The notes beneath the pieces are model-generated. The model worked only from the letters and a program-made list of their open reading frames with translations. It was not told the DNA's origin and ran no database searches. The position numbers and the translations under genes are program-made. 64,000 bases of DNA. Origin: Eledone cirrhosa (taxonomy: Eukaryota). This document shows positions 1-14,700 of this stretch, piece by piece (position 1 is the stretch's first letter; the number at the start of each line of letters is the position of its first letter). The stretch lies in contig OZ024746.1 in assembly GCA_964016885.1 (NCBI GenBank), positions 55,490,001 through 55,554,000 on the forward strand, given 5' to 3'.

Positions 1-2577
1 GCTAAATATTATCACAGAGGAATTGAAGCAACGCATTGTAGCAAAGAGTGCAAAAATTAGGCGATACGAGAACAGAGTCAGTCAGTATAGACAGAACCGC
101 ATGTTTGACAATAACCAGAAGATGTTGTTTGGAAAGCTTGAAGGGAAAGAATGAGGCAACGACTTGATCCCTGAGGCGGAACAAACTAAGACATTCTGGA
201 GAGGATTATGGGAGCAGGTTGTTAAACATAAGGACCAGGCAGTATGGATTGAGACAGTACAAAAGGAGATGAGTGAACAGGCACACCAACAAACTGATTT
301 GAGTATCACAGTTGAAACTCTTAAGGGGCAGGCCAAGAAACTAACCAACTGGAAATCACCAGGCCCAGATGGTGTGCAGGGGTATTGGATTAAAAATATA
401 ACATCCCTCCACCCGAAACTGACAACCATGTTCAATGACTGCTTGATGCCAGGTGAGGTACCAGAGTGGTTGACAAATGGTATCACAGTTCTGGTAATGA
501 ATGACTGATTCAAGGGTAATGATGTTACCAAATATAGACCTATCACATGTCTGTCCGTAATGTGGAAACTGTTGACAAGCATTGTGTCTGAGGAAATCTA
601 CCATCACATCCACACAAACAACTTGTTACCGGACGAACAGAAAGGATGCCGAAATAAGTCTCGTGGTACAAAGGACCAGTTACTTATTGATAAGATGATA
701 ATGAGGAATTGCAAGAGGAGACACACTGGTTTGCCATGGGATGGATAGACTACAAAAAGGCATTTGACATAGTGCCTCATTCTTGGATCAACAAAGGCCT
801 AGAGATCTTCAAGGTGGCAGATAACATCAGACAGTTGTTGGGCAAAAGTATGAAGTCCTGGAAAACAGAGTTAACATCAGCTGGAGAATCCTTGGGAGGC
901 GTGAAGATCAAGAGAGGTATCTTCCAGGGAGATAGCCTGACATCTCTGTTGTTTGTCTTTGCCCTGATGCCTCTGACCATTATACTGCGAAAAGTGAGAG
1001 TAGGATACAAGTTGGGAAAGGGAGAGCTTACCATCAATCACCTCCTCTTAATGGACGATCTTAAGCTCTTCGGGAAGAGTGAGAAGGTGTTGGATGTGCT
1101 TGTTGACACTGTCCGTATTTTCAGCAATGGTGTATGTATGCAATTTGGTATTACTAAGTGTGGAGTGCTAGGAATGAAGAGGGGTAAATTGAGCAGAAAC
1201 AACAGAATACAGGTACCAACAGGTGAGATGATAAAGGAAATTGTCAGTGAAGAAGGATACAAGTATTTTTGGTGTTCTGGAGGCTGATGACATCAAGAAC
1301 AAAAAAATGAAGGAATTGATAAATCTGAATACATTCGGAGAATAAGGAGCGTATTAAAGTAACATCTGAACAGTAGGAATGCCATAAGTGCAGTAAATTC
1401 CCGAGCTGTGTCTATTATTAGGTACAGTGCGGGAATTCTGAGATGGAATGCTGCTGAACAAAAAGAAATGGATAGGAAGACTAGGAAGCTATTGACTATC
1501 TACAACATGTTCCACAAGAGGAGTGATATCGATAGACTCTACTTAAGGATATCTGAAGGTTGAAGAGGTCTTATCAACATAGAGGACTGTATTCAGATGG
1601 AGAAAAACAACCTACACAAATACGTGACTGCTAGTAAGGAGCCAATTCTCAGAATTGTACTGAAGGAGAGGACAATAGACCAGAGGATATCCAAGGGGGA
1701 AATAACAACAAGGAGAAAGAGCAGCCTTCATGAAAAATCCCTTCATAGTACCTTCTTTGAGAAAACTGAATTCAGAGATCCACAGACATGGAACTGGTTG
1801 AAAAGAGGATACCTTAAAAGGCTACAGAAGGAATGCTAATGGCTGCGCAAGAGCAGGCCCTCAAAACGAAGGGGTTGAAACACCATTTTTACAAGGAGTA
1901 GGCTAGCCCACTGTGCAGGATCTGTGGAGAGAGAGGGGAGACTGGCTCACATTGAATCCGAGTGTAAACACCTAGCCCAGACACACTATAAAGGCTGGAG
2001 ACATGATGTGATGGGCAGGGTGATCCACTTGCACCTATGCAAATTAAACAATTTACCACATTCTGAGAAGTGGTATGAGCATAAGCCAGAGTCGGTGATA
2101 GAAAACGATCAGGTGAAGGTGCTGTGGGATTTTAGGATACAGACGGACAAGAAACTGGAACACAATAGACTTGACCTGGTGGATTTGGACAAAGAAAAAA
2201 GATGATGCCTGATTGTGGATGTGGCCTACCCATTCGACACGAGAGTGCAAGAGAAGGAGAGGGAGAAAATTAACCGATACCAGGACTTAAAGTGGGAGGT
2301 AAAAAGGATTTGGAACTGCCATGAAGTCAAAGTGGTCCCGATTGTCCATAGGCGCACTAGGTACTACCTGAAAAAGTTTCCAGGGATGGTCAAGGGAAAA
2401 TTGGCCCCGCCCCGCTTTTTGGAACGCTTCGAAAGGCATGCTTGCTGGGAACAGCAAGAACCCTCCGCTACGTCCTGAATATCTGAGGCTGCAGGTAGTG
2501 GCGTGATATTCATTTCAACAAACTTTCCAGTTAACTAACACCAATGACTGAGACTAAAAGAACAATAATAATAATAA
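1..2577 (+). mobile_element. R4/Dong-clade (restriction-like endonuclease) non-LTR retrotransposon, frameshifted and with stops, 5' end outside window, (TAA)n tail
   Basis: Fragmented ORFs give RT motifs [42 protein letters not shown]-terminal CxxC..H..C knuckle follows, then RHD and LWDFRIQTD..DVAYP..EKINRYQDL (RLE). Ends in aataataataataa. Confidence 0.9.
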
Positions 2578-2763
2578 TTGTTTCTGCTTTAGGCACAAGG
2601 CCAGCAATTACTCAGTGCATTACTGGTACTTTATTTTATAGACCCCGTAAGGATGAAAGGCAAAGTAAACCTCGGCGGGATTTGAACTCAGATCGTAAAG
2701 GGACGGAACTATGCTGGAAAGGATGGCGTCCGACACTCTACCGATACTGCCAATCCACCGCCC
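2577..2763 (-). mobile_element. tRNA-derived SINE, family A (~185 bp)
   Basis: On the minus strand: A-box-like TGGCAGTATCGG, B-box GAGTTCAAATCC, conserved ctttcatccttacggggtc.ataaaataaagtaccag core, tail ggccttgtgcc.aaag.agaaacaa(tta)n. Many near-identical copies in the window. Confidence 0.9.
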
Positions 2764-2959
2764 TAACAATAATAATAATAATTATGATGATAATGCTTTC
2801 TTTATTAACCACAAGGGTTTACACAAAGTAGACATTAAGGAGAGTACAGGACAATACTGGACGGTACACAAGGACATTTCTGCATGAAACCCCCCCCCCC
2901 CAAAAAAAAAAAAAAAACAGAGGATGAAATAATAGAACAATGAAAACATTCCCCACGTA

Positions 2960-3600
2960 CTTGGTGAAACTCTAGGTGTCTATGAAAATCAACTAGCCAA
3001 TCTCTTCGGAAGAACTTTCGGGCCGTGGCCTATGGACAACTTCCAGAAATCCCTGGCCTGGCAGTGCTACCGAGGAGCTTTGCCAGTTGGGGATAAACTC
3101 TACAGGCATGGGGGTGCCGTCAGCCGGGCATGTCCGAGATGCGCGCAGGGCGACGAAACCGTCCTACACGCACTCGCCCAGTGTCCGAGCATTGCTGATT
3201 TGTGGATTTATGTCGAACACCTGCGGTCGCGTGTTTGGATGGATCCAGCTATCAGCTGAGTCCATCGTGAGTATTGCCCCGCCCTCTTCCTTTAGCCGGG
3301 AATGGCAGGCAGTTTTTATCTGTCTGGTGGCCATGGCGAAATAGATAGTATGGTGGACACGTTTGAAAGGTCTGAAGACGAGCACTTACCACTTCGGTGA
3401 TGCCCTGATTAACTTTTTCAAATTTCATTTGAGAAGGAAAATCAGAGTAGAGGGGGAAGTGCTCTCTTCACAGCATTTTGTTGAAAGATGAGTGAGAGAG
3501 GCAAGAATGGCCCGAGTGAATGGGCCTACTCTGAGTATGTGTCTGTAAATTAAAGGTGGAAAACTGGGAGAGGGCACTTGCCCTGGTGGTCAGGGTCACT
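2960..3600 (+). mobile_element. 3' fragment of a Tx1/L1-clade LINE
   Basis: MDNFQKSLAWQCYRGALPVGDKL..CPRC..ETVLHALAQC (CCHC knuckle). Clearly homologous to 50790-51382. Confidence 0.85.
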
Positions 3601-4101
3601 GTGGCTTTTTAATGGGCTTTCTCCACGAATAATGATGATGATAATAACAACAATGATAATAAATATGTCCCACATCATTATCATTATCATCATCTGTATA
3701 AACTGTTATCATCGTTGTCAAATGAGTGGTTGGGTGTTGGTTTGGGTGGTGGTGTGGGAGGGCAATGCCCTGTCTCGTGAGATTATAAAATCAATTTAAA
3801 TGTTATTTCAACTATTGGAAACGCAATTATCCTGGTGGAATTCGAAAAATGTGAAGAAATCGTACATTTTCAAATCTACTGACAGGCAGACAGAATGAGA
3901 GAGAAAGAGATAGAGAGAAAAATCAGAGGAAGAGAGAATTAAATAACATTTGAGTGAGAGTGAAAGATATATTAGAGATAGATAGGGTAGGTTATACATA
4001 TGTAGTGGAATATATTATGATATATATATATATATATACACATATACATCTCTCTCTCTCTCTCTCTCTATCTCACTCTCTCTCTCTCTATATATATATA
4101 C

Positions 4102-4186
<85 letters not shown>

Positions 4187-4202
4187 AATATATATATATA
4201 GT

Positions 4203-4328
4203 AAAATGTATGACCCCGACGGCAGAGTTCAAGCCGTTTCGACGGGTATTTCTGGACTTAAAAAAAAAAAAAGGTCCAGAAATAACCGTCGAAACGGCTT
4301 GAGCTCTGCCGTCGGGGTCATACATTTT
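4203..4328. repeat. Palindromic element (55-bp arms, A-rich loop) carrying the 3' half of a hammerhead ribozyme on each strand, in a (TA)n array
   Basis: Arms 4203-4257 and 4274-4328 are near-perfect inverted copies. The right arm reads GAAAC-GGC..GCC-GTC. Homologous to 23075-23245 and 56411-56525. Confidence 0.8.
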
Positions 4329-4370
<42 letters not shown>

Positions 4371-5137
4371 AACATATATATATACATATGTAGATATACA
4401 CACACAATTCATACATACACATATATGTATATACATATACACACACACATACATATATTTATATATATATATAAAAGAAATAGGATTATATGCATAAATA
4501 TATATATATATATACAGTATATATATATATAAGCAAGGGAGAAACATTGAAAGAAATACTAAGAAAGATAGTATCATAGAGAAAGAGAGAGGTGGAGTTG
4601 CTTTCAAATAAATAGAAGGGTTCACATATATATTGATAGATGAAGAGATAAATAGGTGAATACATAGCTAGGTAGAGAGATGCTTAAATGTATAGATAGA
4701 TATTTGGAAAGACATATACAGGAACATAGAGATATTTAGATAAATTACTATAATTAGAATGACAGAATGGGGGATAGTCGATATGAAGTAATAGTGTGTT
4801 GGGAGAATGAGGGGAAATATAGGAACTGAAAGAGAGGAGGTTTGAAGGAAAAGTTTCAGTAAATGAAATGAAGAAATGAGGAAGATTATTATATGAAATA
4901 TATTTTAAAAAATGAAGAATAGATAATTATATGAGAAAGAGGAAAGAGGAAAGCGTAAATAAGAAATATGTTGGTAGCTGCAGAAGAATGAGGGAGGTGA
5001 AAGAGAGGAGAGAAAGAAAAGTGGGAAATATTAGAAGGAAGAGGATGTGGGAATAAATATAATAAAATAGAGAAGTGGTTGAAGGAAAAGAGAATGGGAC
5101 AGGGAAAGAGAGAAAGAAGGTGTATTGGTATTACAGA

Positions 5138-5140
<3 letters not shown>

Positions 5141-5195
<55 letters not shown>

Positions 5196-5470
5196 GTGTG
5201 ATAGAGAGAGAGGGAGAGAATGAGCGAGATGGAGAGAGAGAAAGAGAGTTAGCAAGAGAGAGCCGGGAAACAATAGATATGGATGAAGAAGATGAGAAAG
5301 AGAGTGAGAGAGAAAGTGAGTGAGTGAGTGCCGGGAAACAAAATATATTGATGAAGAAGAATGAGCGAGAGAGAGAGATAGAGATATATAGAGAGGGGGA
5401 GCGAGAGAGAGAGAGGGGGAGAGAGCGAGAGAGAAGGAGCCAGGAAACAAAAGATATCGTAATGGGAAGG

Positions 5471-5567
<97 letters not shown>

Positions 5568-6018
5568 AACAAAAAATATGGATGATAAAGAAAAAAATAG
5601 AGAAGAGTGGAGGGGGAAAACGATGGGGGAGATTGAAGAAGAAAGAGCTGTGAAATAAAAAAAATATATCTATGATGAAGAAGAAAAAATGAGCGACATT
5701 GTGGACTGACAAATAGGGAGATTGAAGTAAGGAGATTCATATAGAGAGAGAGGGAGCTAGAGAGTGAGAGAGAGAGAGAGCGATAGATATATAGATAGGG
5801 AGAGATTGAGAGAGGGAGAGAGAGTGATATTAAGAGGAGAGAGGAAGGGGAGGAAGAGAGAGATAGAGAGCTAAAGAGCTAGAGAGAGAGCTAGATAGCG
5901 AGAGAGAGATAGATATATAGATAGAGAGAGATTGGGGTAGGGAGAGAGAGTGAGAGTAAGAGAGATGGGTGGAAGGAGAGGAAGAGAGAGAGAGAGCTAG
6001 AGATAGAGAGCTAGGTAG

Positions 6019-6049
<31 letters not shown>

Positions 6050-6520
6050 TTGAGAGTGTGAGAGAGAGAGTGAGTGAGAGAGAGGGGTGGAAGGAGAGGA
6101 AGAGAGAGAGCTAGAGATAGAGTGATAGATAGATAGATAGATAGAGAGAGAGTTTGAGAGAGTGAGAGAGAGAGAAAGTGATAGAGAGAGGTGTGGAAGG
6201 AGAGGAAGAGAGAGAGAGATATGTAGATATATAGATAGAGAGATATTGAGAGAGTGAGAGAGTGAGAGTGAGAGTGAGAGAGAGGGGTGGAAGGAAAGGA
6301 AGATAGAGAGCTAGGTAGGTAGATAGATAGAGAGAGAAAGATTGAGAGAGTGAGAGAGAGAGTGAGTGATAGAGAAAGTGGTGGAAAGAGAGGAAGAGAG
6401 AGAAAGCTAGAGAGCGAGCGAGAGAGAGACATAGGTAGATATATAGATAGAGAGAGAGATTGAGTGAGTGAGAGCGTGAGAGTGAGAGTGAGAGTGAGAG
6501 AGAGGGTTGGAAGGAGAGAA
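5141..6520. repeat. (AG)n microsatellites and a degenerate purine-rich minisatellite
   Basis: Pure AG tracts at ~5144-5191 and ~5480-5564. Reiterated gagagctagagatag..ggtggaaggagaggaagag units at 5740-6520. Confidence 0.9.
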
Positions 6521-6927
6521 AGGAAGACAGGAAAGATATAAATGAGGCAGGAGAACGAGAGAGCGTGGGTGGCACAGAAGATATGAATGGGGAAGGAGAG
6601 AGTATGAGGGGAAATTTAGAGATTTATGAAAAAAAATTAAAAGTGGAGAGGCTGAGAGAATCTGAGTGTGAGAGCTCCAAGATGGGTTGGGGAGGTTATT
6701 AATGTTTGTGTGAGAATATGACACTCAGGAAAAGGAAGAGAATCAGACAGAGAAAGAAGTACACACACAAACACATATACACACTCACACACACATGCAT
6801 ATGCACATACGCACAGACATAAAAAAACACATATAAATATATGCATGTGTATTTATATATATATATATATGTTTGTGGGTGTGTATATATATATATATGC
6901 GTATATATATATATATGTGTGTGTGTT

Positions 6928-7018
<91 letters not shown>

Positions 7019-7699
7019 GAGTGTGTGTGTATATATATATATATGTGTCTGTTTGAGTGCATATATGTGTACAGAGAAGAGAAGTCAATACAGCAGAGTG
7101 AGAATAATGTATTATCCTTTACACACACAGCTAGGATGTCAGGAACGTCACTGCGTGCAGATGAACACACACATGCACACTTAAAAAAAAAATGACCACA
7201 TTTTAATTAAGCAGAAAATATAGGAGGAAAAATAAGTGAAAAGCTATTGCTCAATATTGATATATAAATAGTATAATACAAATCAATATATAAAATAACA
7301 TCTTAAAAGCATTGCATTGGAAACAAAAATACAAGTCAAATCTCAGTTCAGAAATAATAAGAATTATAATTATTTCTCTCTTGGTGACTAGGGCCGAAAC
7401 AAATAGGAAAAATACAAAATTAGGGACGGTGGGCATTTACATAAATGAGTTTAAACAGAAGGGAAATAGGTACCAATAGACAATAAAATAGATAAAATCA
7501 GAGTTCTCTAATAAGGAAGAGCATCACTCTGAGATAGTTTAGGAAGTCTACAGATCAAGACCCATGTTAGTCAACAAAGTACCATTGGAAGATACCCCTT
7601 ACTTCTCGAAATCAGCCATCCTAAAGCCAGATGGTTAGAGTGCGCCTATTCAATCAGGCCGTCCCCGTTACATTTACCTATCTTTTAACAAATGTACTG

Positions 7700-8290
7700 C
7701 ATGGCAGATCATTCTTTCACACCCCAAATTCCTTTCCAATTGGAACTTGAAAAAGTTGATGAAGGATTGCCAGAAGAATTAGGTATTCATTTTCTGTAGT
7801 TTCGGCGTGTCCACCACACAACCTCTTTTGCCACCACAGATAGGAAATCTTCCTGCAATTCCCTCTTATAAGTTGGTAATCACTTCGATTTCTAAAATGT
7901 TTGGCACCATCACCGTGGTGCCGTCTGTATTTGCTTACGCTGACTGTCGCCGGTTTGAGCGGAATGCTATTCAACAGATCAAGGAGGTTCTGCAATAGTG
8001 GTTCGAGAGTCAGTAAATATAGACCGAACGCGTGAGTGGAATGGTTCCTATGAGTGGGCGTTGATCTTGAGTACCCAGCAGATGTCGCTATACATAGCAA
8101 CGATCCAGCCTCTGAAGGGAGGGCCGAAGCCGACTGCTTGCGTACATCGTCGTCGGTGATTTGCCTTTCAACATTTTCTATCGATCCAAATTTACCAGAG
8201 TTCCACTGATACCAGGTTTACTCCCTACACTCTCTAAGATGTATCGCATCAAAAAGTTGCCGTTTATGGATCTGGTAATGATTACGCACG
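7700..8290 (-). mobile_element. Highly decayed Tx1/L1-clade RT fragment
   Basis: ORF 7717-8100 contains LYLLTLEPLLQNL, matching LYVLTLEPLLRKL of the 48595-50214 RT. Confidence 0.6.
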
Positions 8291-8822
8291 CTTGCAGACT
8301 GTTCACAACCTCGTTGCACATTGGCTAATATCTTAAATATAGAGGAAATATAAAGCAAAATATACTCTACATACGTACTTCACGTAAAAATCTAGAAATC
8401 TCAGAATTAAATATAGTTTTTTTTCTTCACATGACACGTTTCAATATTAAACTGGTTAATAAAATTGATTGGGGAATAGTTATGCAGCAAAGAGAACCGA
8501 ACCGAACGAGTAGAACTATACGTATGTGTCTCTGGAATAAATAAATGATTATTTTAATGCTGTGAAGAATGCAAGAAAACCATGCTGCTGAGATCTGGGA
8601 TTTACTTTGAATATTTCGATAACATTTTATTAGTCTTTGATTTCGTTGTTTTCTTTAATCCGAAGTTCATACAAAAATGCTGACATTATTTGTTTGAGAA
8701 TTTTTTTTCTTTCAATTTTCATTTTCAGCTGTTATTTCTATTTATCTTTGCTTACTCATTGTCATTTTTGCGGTCGTCATGGCTCTCATTATAATGTCTC
8801 CGCCGCCATTCTACGACATTGA

Positions 8823-8930
8823 TTCTTCTTCTTCTTCTTCTTCTTCTTCTTCTTCTTCTTCTTCTTCTTCTTCTTCTTCTTCTTCTTCTTCTTCTTCTTC
8901 TTCTTCTTCTTCTTCTTCTTCTTCTTCTTT
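8823..8930. repeat. (TTC)n microsatellite
   Basis: Direct inspection. Confidence 0.97.
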
Positions 8931-8944
8931 TAGAATGGCACAAC

Positions 8945-8989
<45 letters not shown>

Positions 8990-9102
8990 TATATATATGT
9001 ACCGTTAAGGGTGAAAGCAGCGATTCTTTGCATAAACTTTAATCTGTTATTTTAATATATATATATATATTACATATATGTGTACATATATATATATATA
9101 TG

Positions 9103-9181
<79 letters not shown>

Positions 9182-9339
9182 CAGTGTTGAACAAACGAGC
9201 AACGATGGTTGCTGAACACTACGGCTTAATACGGGATGATAATAAATGTTCGGTGAATCCATACGTACATATATATATGTGTGCATGTATGTATATATAT
9301 ATACATACTACTGTACGTCTGTATACATATATGTATGTA

Positions 9340-9440
<101 letters not shown>

Positions 9441-9466
9441 TATGTGTGTGTGTGTATATATATATA

Positions 9467-9600
9467 AGTTTATCCCGGGTTCAAAAGTGGGTAACCCTAG
9501 TAAGTAAGGTACTCAATACATAGCAGAGTATAAACATTTAATATAGAAATAGCTTCTATAGGACTAGAACTCTTTCATTCGGGAGAAATCTTCAGGGTAT
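9467..9600 (-). mobile_element. Penelope-type pLTR relic with degenerate HHR (same family as 59551-59690)
   Basis: Minus strand CTGAAGA-TTTC-TCCC-GAAT-GAAA..GTC. Shares gtaacc..agtaagtaag.tactcaata with 59573-59600. Flanked by TA arrays. Confidence 0.55.
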
Positions 9601-9645
9601 ATATATATAAACACGCGTGGGCGTAGATATATATATATATATATA

Positions 9646-10085
9646 TTATACTTTGGGAGAGTCATGTTGCAAATAAATCATACGCACCTAAGTTTTTCAC
9701 TGTGATTTTTTATAAACCTACTGTTGGTTGGTTGGCTGGCTAGATAACTGCATGGTTGTTTATATATTGCGAAAGGTCATCATTTTGTTTTTGAGTGTTC
9801 ACACAAAATCATGATGGTGTAGGACAGAACAAAGGAGAGACTCAAGATAAAAACTGAGAAAGGTCAGAGAATATGTGACGAAAGAGCTTTGACAATATAT
9901 AAAAAAAACATACTGTTATCAAACCAGCCAAACAAGCGGAAATTTATAATAAATTGTGAATAAAATTGAAGACTAGCAGTTGCATTTATTTTTGTATTGG
10001 CAGTATAACTCTCCCAAAGTATAACCATATCTGCTTCAACACATGTTTTCAGATGACAATTCTTGCAAAACAAATACAAAAACGA
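9646..10085. mobile_element. Old, diverged inverted-repeat copy of the 14259-14857 HHR element family
   Basis: Both ends carry tatactttgggag / ctcccaaagtata. Degenerate ctgagaaaggtcagagaatatgtgacgaaagagctttgac aligns to the HHR at 14656-14700. Confidence 0.7.
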
Positions 10086-10089
10086 AGTA

Positions 10090-10126
<37 letters not shown>

Positions 10127-10699
10127 GTAAGTATGTACGAATGTACTTTGCAGAAGATTACTAATCACAATAAATCTAGGTCGGCGAACTGTAGTACAGA
10201 CGTCAGGATACGATCATTCGTTGACTAGGAATCTAATATGTTACTTATATAGTACAACTATGAGTATATATTAAACACATTTTATAGATAAAAGAAGGAA
10301 ATATACATAGAAATACGCATTTTGAAACAGGGAAATTATTTTCTAATCGCCCGTCGCAATTTACATACGGCTTTGATTGGTAAAATACGTCTTCGATTAA
10401 CAATCCAAACGTAGAAGCGTCTGTCGTTTTCTTTGATCTCTTAATTGCGTTTTGCAACATCACAGGTAGTCGACAGTATTTTCTTATGAAATATCGATGT
10501 TTGACATGTTTATGAAGAGAAAACACGACGTAGTATATATATATGCTCGAAGCTATATGTGTATATATATTTATGTATATATATGTATATATATAAATAT
10601 ATATATATGTATTTATTTCTATAAATACATATGTATGTATGTAAGTATGTATACATATATATATATGTATGCATGTATAGATTTAAATATATACATATG

Positions 10700-10813
<114 letters not shown>

Positions 10814-10948
10814 CATATAACGTGATAAATATAACTGTTTGTATGTATGTAATTGCGTGTATATGGTGGAGGAGCAATTCATGATATATTTCAGAGACAT
10901 ATTTTTACAGGAAGAAGACTGTTTCATTCGTATATTCATGTATGTGTC

Positions 10949-10990
<42 letters not shown>

Positions 10991-11110
10991 ACAAAAGTTA
11001 AATGACCACTCAATACGTAATAAATATATGTGTGTCAGCTGAAGATATAAAGCACACAGTGCAAGTACAAGAGAAATTAACTCTCTAAATCTCTCCCCCA
11101 TTCTCTCTCC

Positions 11111-11184
<74 letters not shown>

Positions 11185-11572
11185 AGTTTAAGGAAACGAT
11201 AGACAGACAGAAGTACAAAAAGCCTTATGTATATATATATATCGTTACAATGTTTGGCTGTTATATTTACCCACCAGATGGTTATTTACTTGTCATGTTT
11301 AATTTTCAAATATCTTTCCTCACACATTCATTGGCGTCTCAATTATACATAGCCCTTTGTGACTCTTCTTGGGTCTTTTTCGTTTTACTTCATCTTATTT
11401 TCCTGTGGCGTGTGTAAGATTAACGTATGAATTCGTGTGTTTGTGCCTGAGTTTGCCTGGAGTTTCGCCTGTCTATCGCAGGTACATGTAGACTCTATAA
11501 TAAATAGGCGAAACATCAGAGTAAAGTGACTCGTTATTTAGAGTTAATTAAATGAATATATATGTATATTAT

Positions 11573-11631
<59 letters not shown>

Positions 11632-12843
11632 AAAGTACGTCCATAGAATCATTTGATAAACTATATACAGAATTTCCTCTCCCAATCAGCATAAACAACC
11701 ACACACAAAGAAAAAAAAAACAATTAAACAAGGCTATAAGATTAAAAGGCACCTATGAAGAAATAATAGATAAATAAACGATAGCTATCTTTCCGCCATC
11801 ATCAGCAATATAATATTTACCCAGCATTTCTAATAGCATGTAGAAATCGATTAGATATATCGTCAACCATACACAATTAGGTACAAAATCAAAGTTAGAA
11901 GAAAACATGTGTATAAGCATACCAACATTATATATATATATATATGTGTGTGTGTCTTTGTGTGTGTGTGTGTCTGTGTGTGTAAATATATATATAGACA
12001 CATCAGGTTCCCTCACTATTCACTACATTAACTCAGAGCGTCTTCAACTGAGATGGTGGTGTTCATTACATGCTTTAATAGATGAGACAAACTTCATGTA
12101 TTTCCATTAATCCAAATTCGTAGAGGAAGGTGTAGAGCCCAGGAGTTTCTTAGCTTGCATCATACATAGTTTAAATATATCAGTCTCTCACATACTGAAA
12201 ATAAGGAGCTGATTATATTTAGATTATCATTTTGATATTAAAATTTGAACTGTCTCAGAGCATGTGTTTTTCAAATGAATGCTTGTATCGCCCAGCTGAT
12301 AGTACATTTTCTCACCGAATCTATATATGTGTCTCTAGCATGAGAAATAGGTGCAAGACCGTCAGATATGTACATTGGTGTGGTTACCTAGAGATCAACC
12401 TATCTTGGCGAAAGAGACAATATTTAAATTGAGATTGTACAGATCCAATCAAGTTATAATAAAGCATTATCTAATTCGTTAACAATTCCGTCAATCCACC
12501 GCTACGGGAACAGACAGATTTAAATGAGACTTTGCTCTCGGTGCTATTTGAACTTATGCTACAGAAAACCAAATGGAGAGGTATTTATTCCAATATGCTA
12601 CCGACTATGTGAATTAGCTGTCTTCATGTAAACTATGATAAATAAAGAGTTTCCTGGTTATTTATAAATTACTGACAACGACAGGAATAGTTTGGTGTTG
12701 AAAGGAAATTCGATGAATTCCACCTCAAATTGGGAACTTAGAAACATTATTACATGAACATATTTGGAGCTGACACTGCAATTACAATAAACGCGCATAA
12801 CTTGTGTGTGGTGTATATGTATCAGTGTATATATATATATATC

Positions 12844-12884
<41 letters not shown>

Positions 12885-12890
12885 CAGTGC

Positions 12891-12968
<78 letters not shown>

Positions 12969-12973
12969 AATAT

Positions 12974-13190
<217 letters not shown>

Positions 13191-13195
13191 AATAT

Positions 13196-13227
<32 letters not shown>

Positions 13228-13238
13228 TATATAAATAT

Positions 13239-13270
<32 letters not shown>

Positions 13271-13281
13271 TATATAAATAT

Positions 13282-13328
<47 letters not shown>

Positions 13329-13451
13329 CATATATATAAATATGCATATATATATACATATGTATATATAAGTATGTATATATATATATATATAATTATA
13401 TATATATGTGTGAGTATGTGTGCGTATGTATATATACGTATGAACACACAC

Positions 13452-13580
<129 letters not shown>

Positions 13581-13948
13581 TATGTTTGTATGTATATAGC
13601 TATAGATAAACATTCAACAGCACACAGCTATATACATATATGCACGTGGAAGAGGAAAATATCATTATCGATCTCGTAGTTCAGGTGTTGGCTGTCATAT
13701 TAACGTTATTATTTAGTTTCTTACTATATATGATTATAAAAGAGAGGTGACGTGAAAGGGGTGGCGTGGTGGGCGTGGAGTGATAGTAGCCATATTGGGT
13801 GTATTCCAATAAGAAACTTGTAGATACGCTATGTGTATATTTTATCATGTATATAATGGATTTTTATGTACGGGCGTATGTTCATATATATATATATATT
13901 TATGTGTATTGGTGTTTGTGTGTGTGTGTGTGTGTGTTTGCGCGGGTG

Positions 13949-14073
<125 letters not shown>

Positions 14074-14470
14074 ATATATATGTGTATGTGTGTGCATGTA
14101 TATATATGTATATATATATGTATATATATATATGTATATATAGATACATATATATATATGTATATACACATATATATATATATATATATATACATATATA
14201 AATATATACATATATATATACATATATATATACATATATATACATATATATATATATCGTTTCTGAATTTGTTTAGCAAGATTCTTTATCTGAAATCGTG
14301 TGTTGAAACCGATATTGTTATACTTTGGGAGTGTCATGTTGCCAATAAGAAACACACGCACCAGTTGCTTTCACTTCAATTTAATTTATTATATATTTAT
14401 AAATTTACAAATTTATAAATTTCTGGTTGGTTGGTTGGTTCCACAACCAGATAGTTGTTTATATATATAT

Positions 14471-14515
14471 AGTCATAGTTCTTTCGTCACACACTCTGTG
14501 ACCTCTTCAGTGACT
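14471..14515 (-). ncRNA. Minimal type I hammerhead ribozyme (mirror copy)
   Basis: Exact reverse complement of 14656-14700. Confidence 0.7.
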
Positions 14516-14655
14516 GGGGATTTCTTTCTTCGTTTCTGTGCCTTTTTTTTTTTTTCTTCTATCCTACGCCATTTTTCAGAAAAGAATAGAAGAAAAGAAA
14601 GGCACATAAAAAGATAGAAGAAAAGAAAGGCACAGAAACGAAGAAAGAAATCCCC

Positions 14656-14700
14656 AGTCACTGAAGAGGTCACAGAGTGTGTGACGAAAGAACTATGACT
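14656..14700 (+). ncRNA. Minimal type I hammerhead ribozyme
   Basis: AGTCA-CTGAAGA-G-GTCAC(agagtgt)GTGAC-GAAA-G-AA-CTA-TGACT: 5-bp stem I, 5-bp stem II, vestigial stem III, CUA triplet. Confidence 0.7.

Noticed and set aside
1284-1300. CTGATGA as an HHR core
   Set aside because: It lies in R4 coding sequence (EADDIK), with no stem II or GAAA partner.
11775-11812. Minus-strand CTGATGA-TGGC..GCTA hairpin as an HHR
   Set aside because: No GAAA or NUH after the stem, so at best an unscorable relic.
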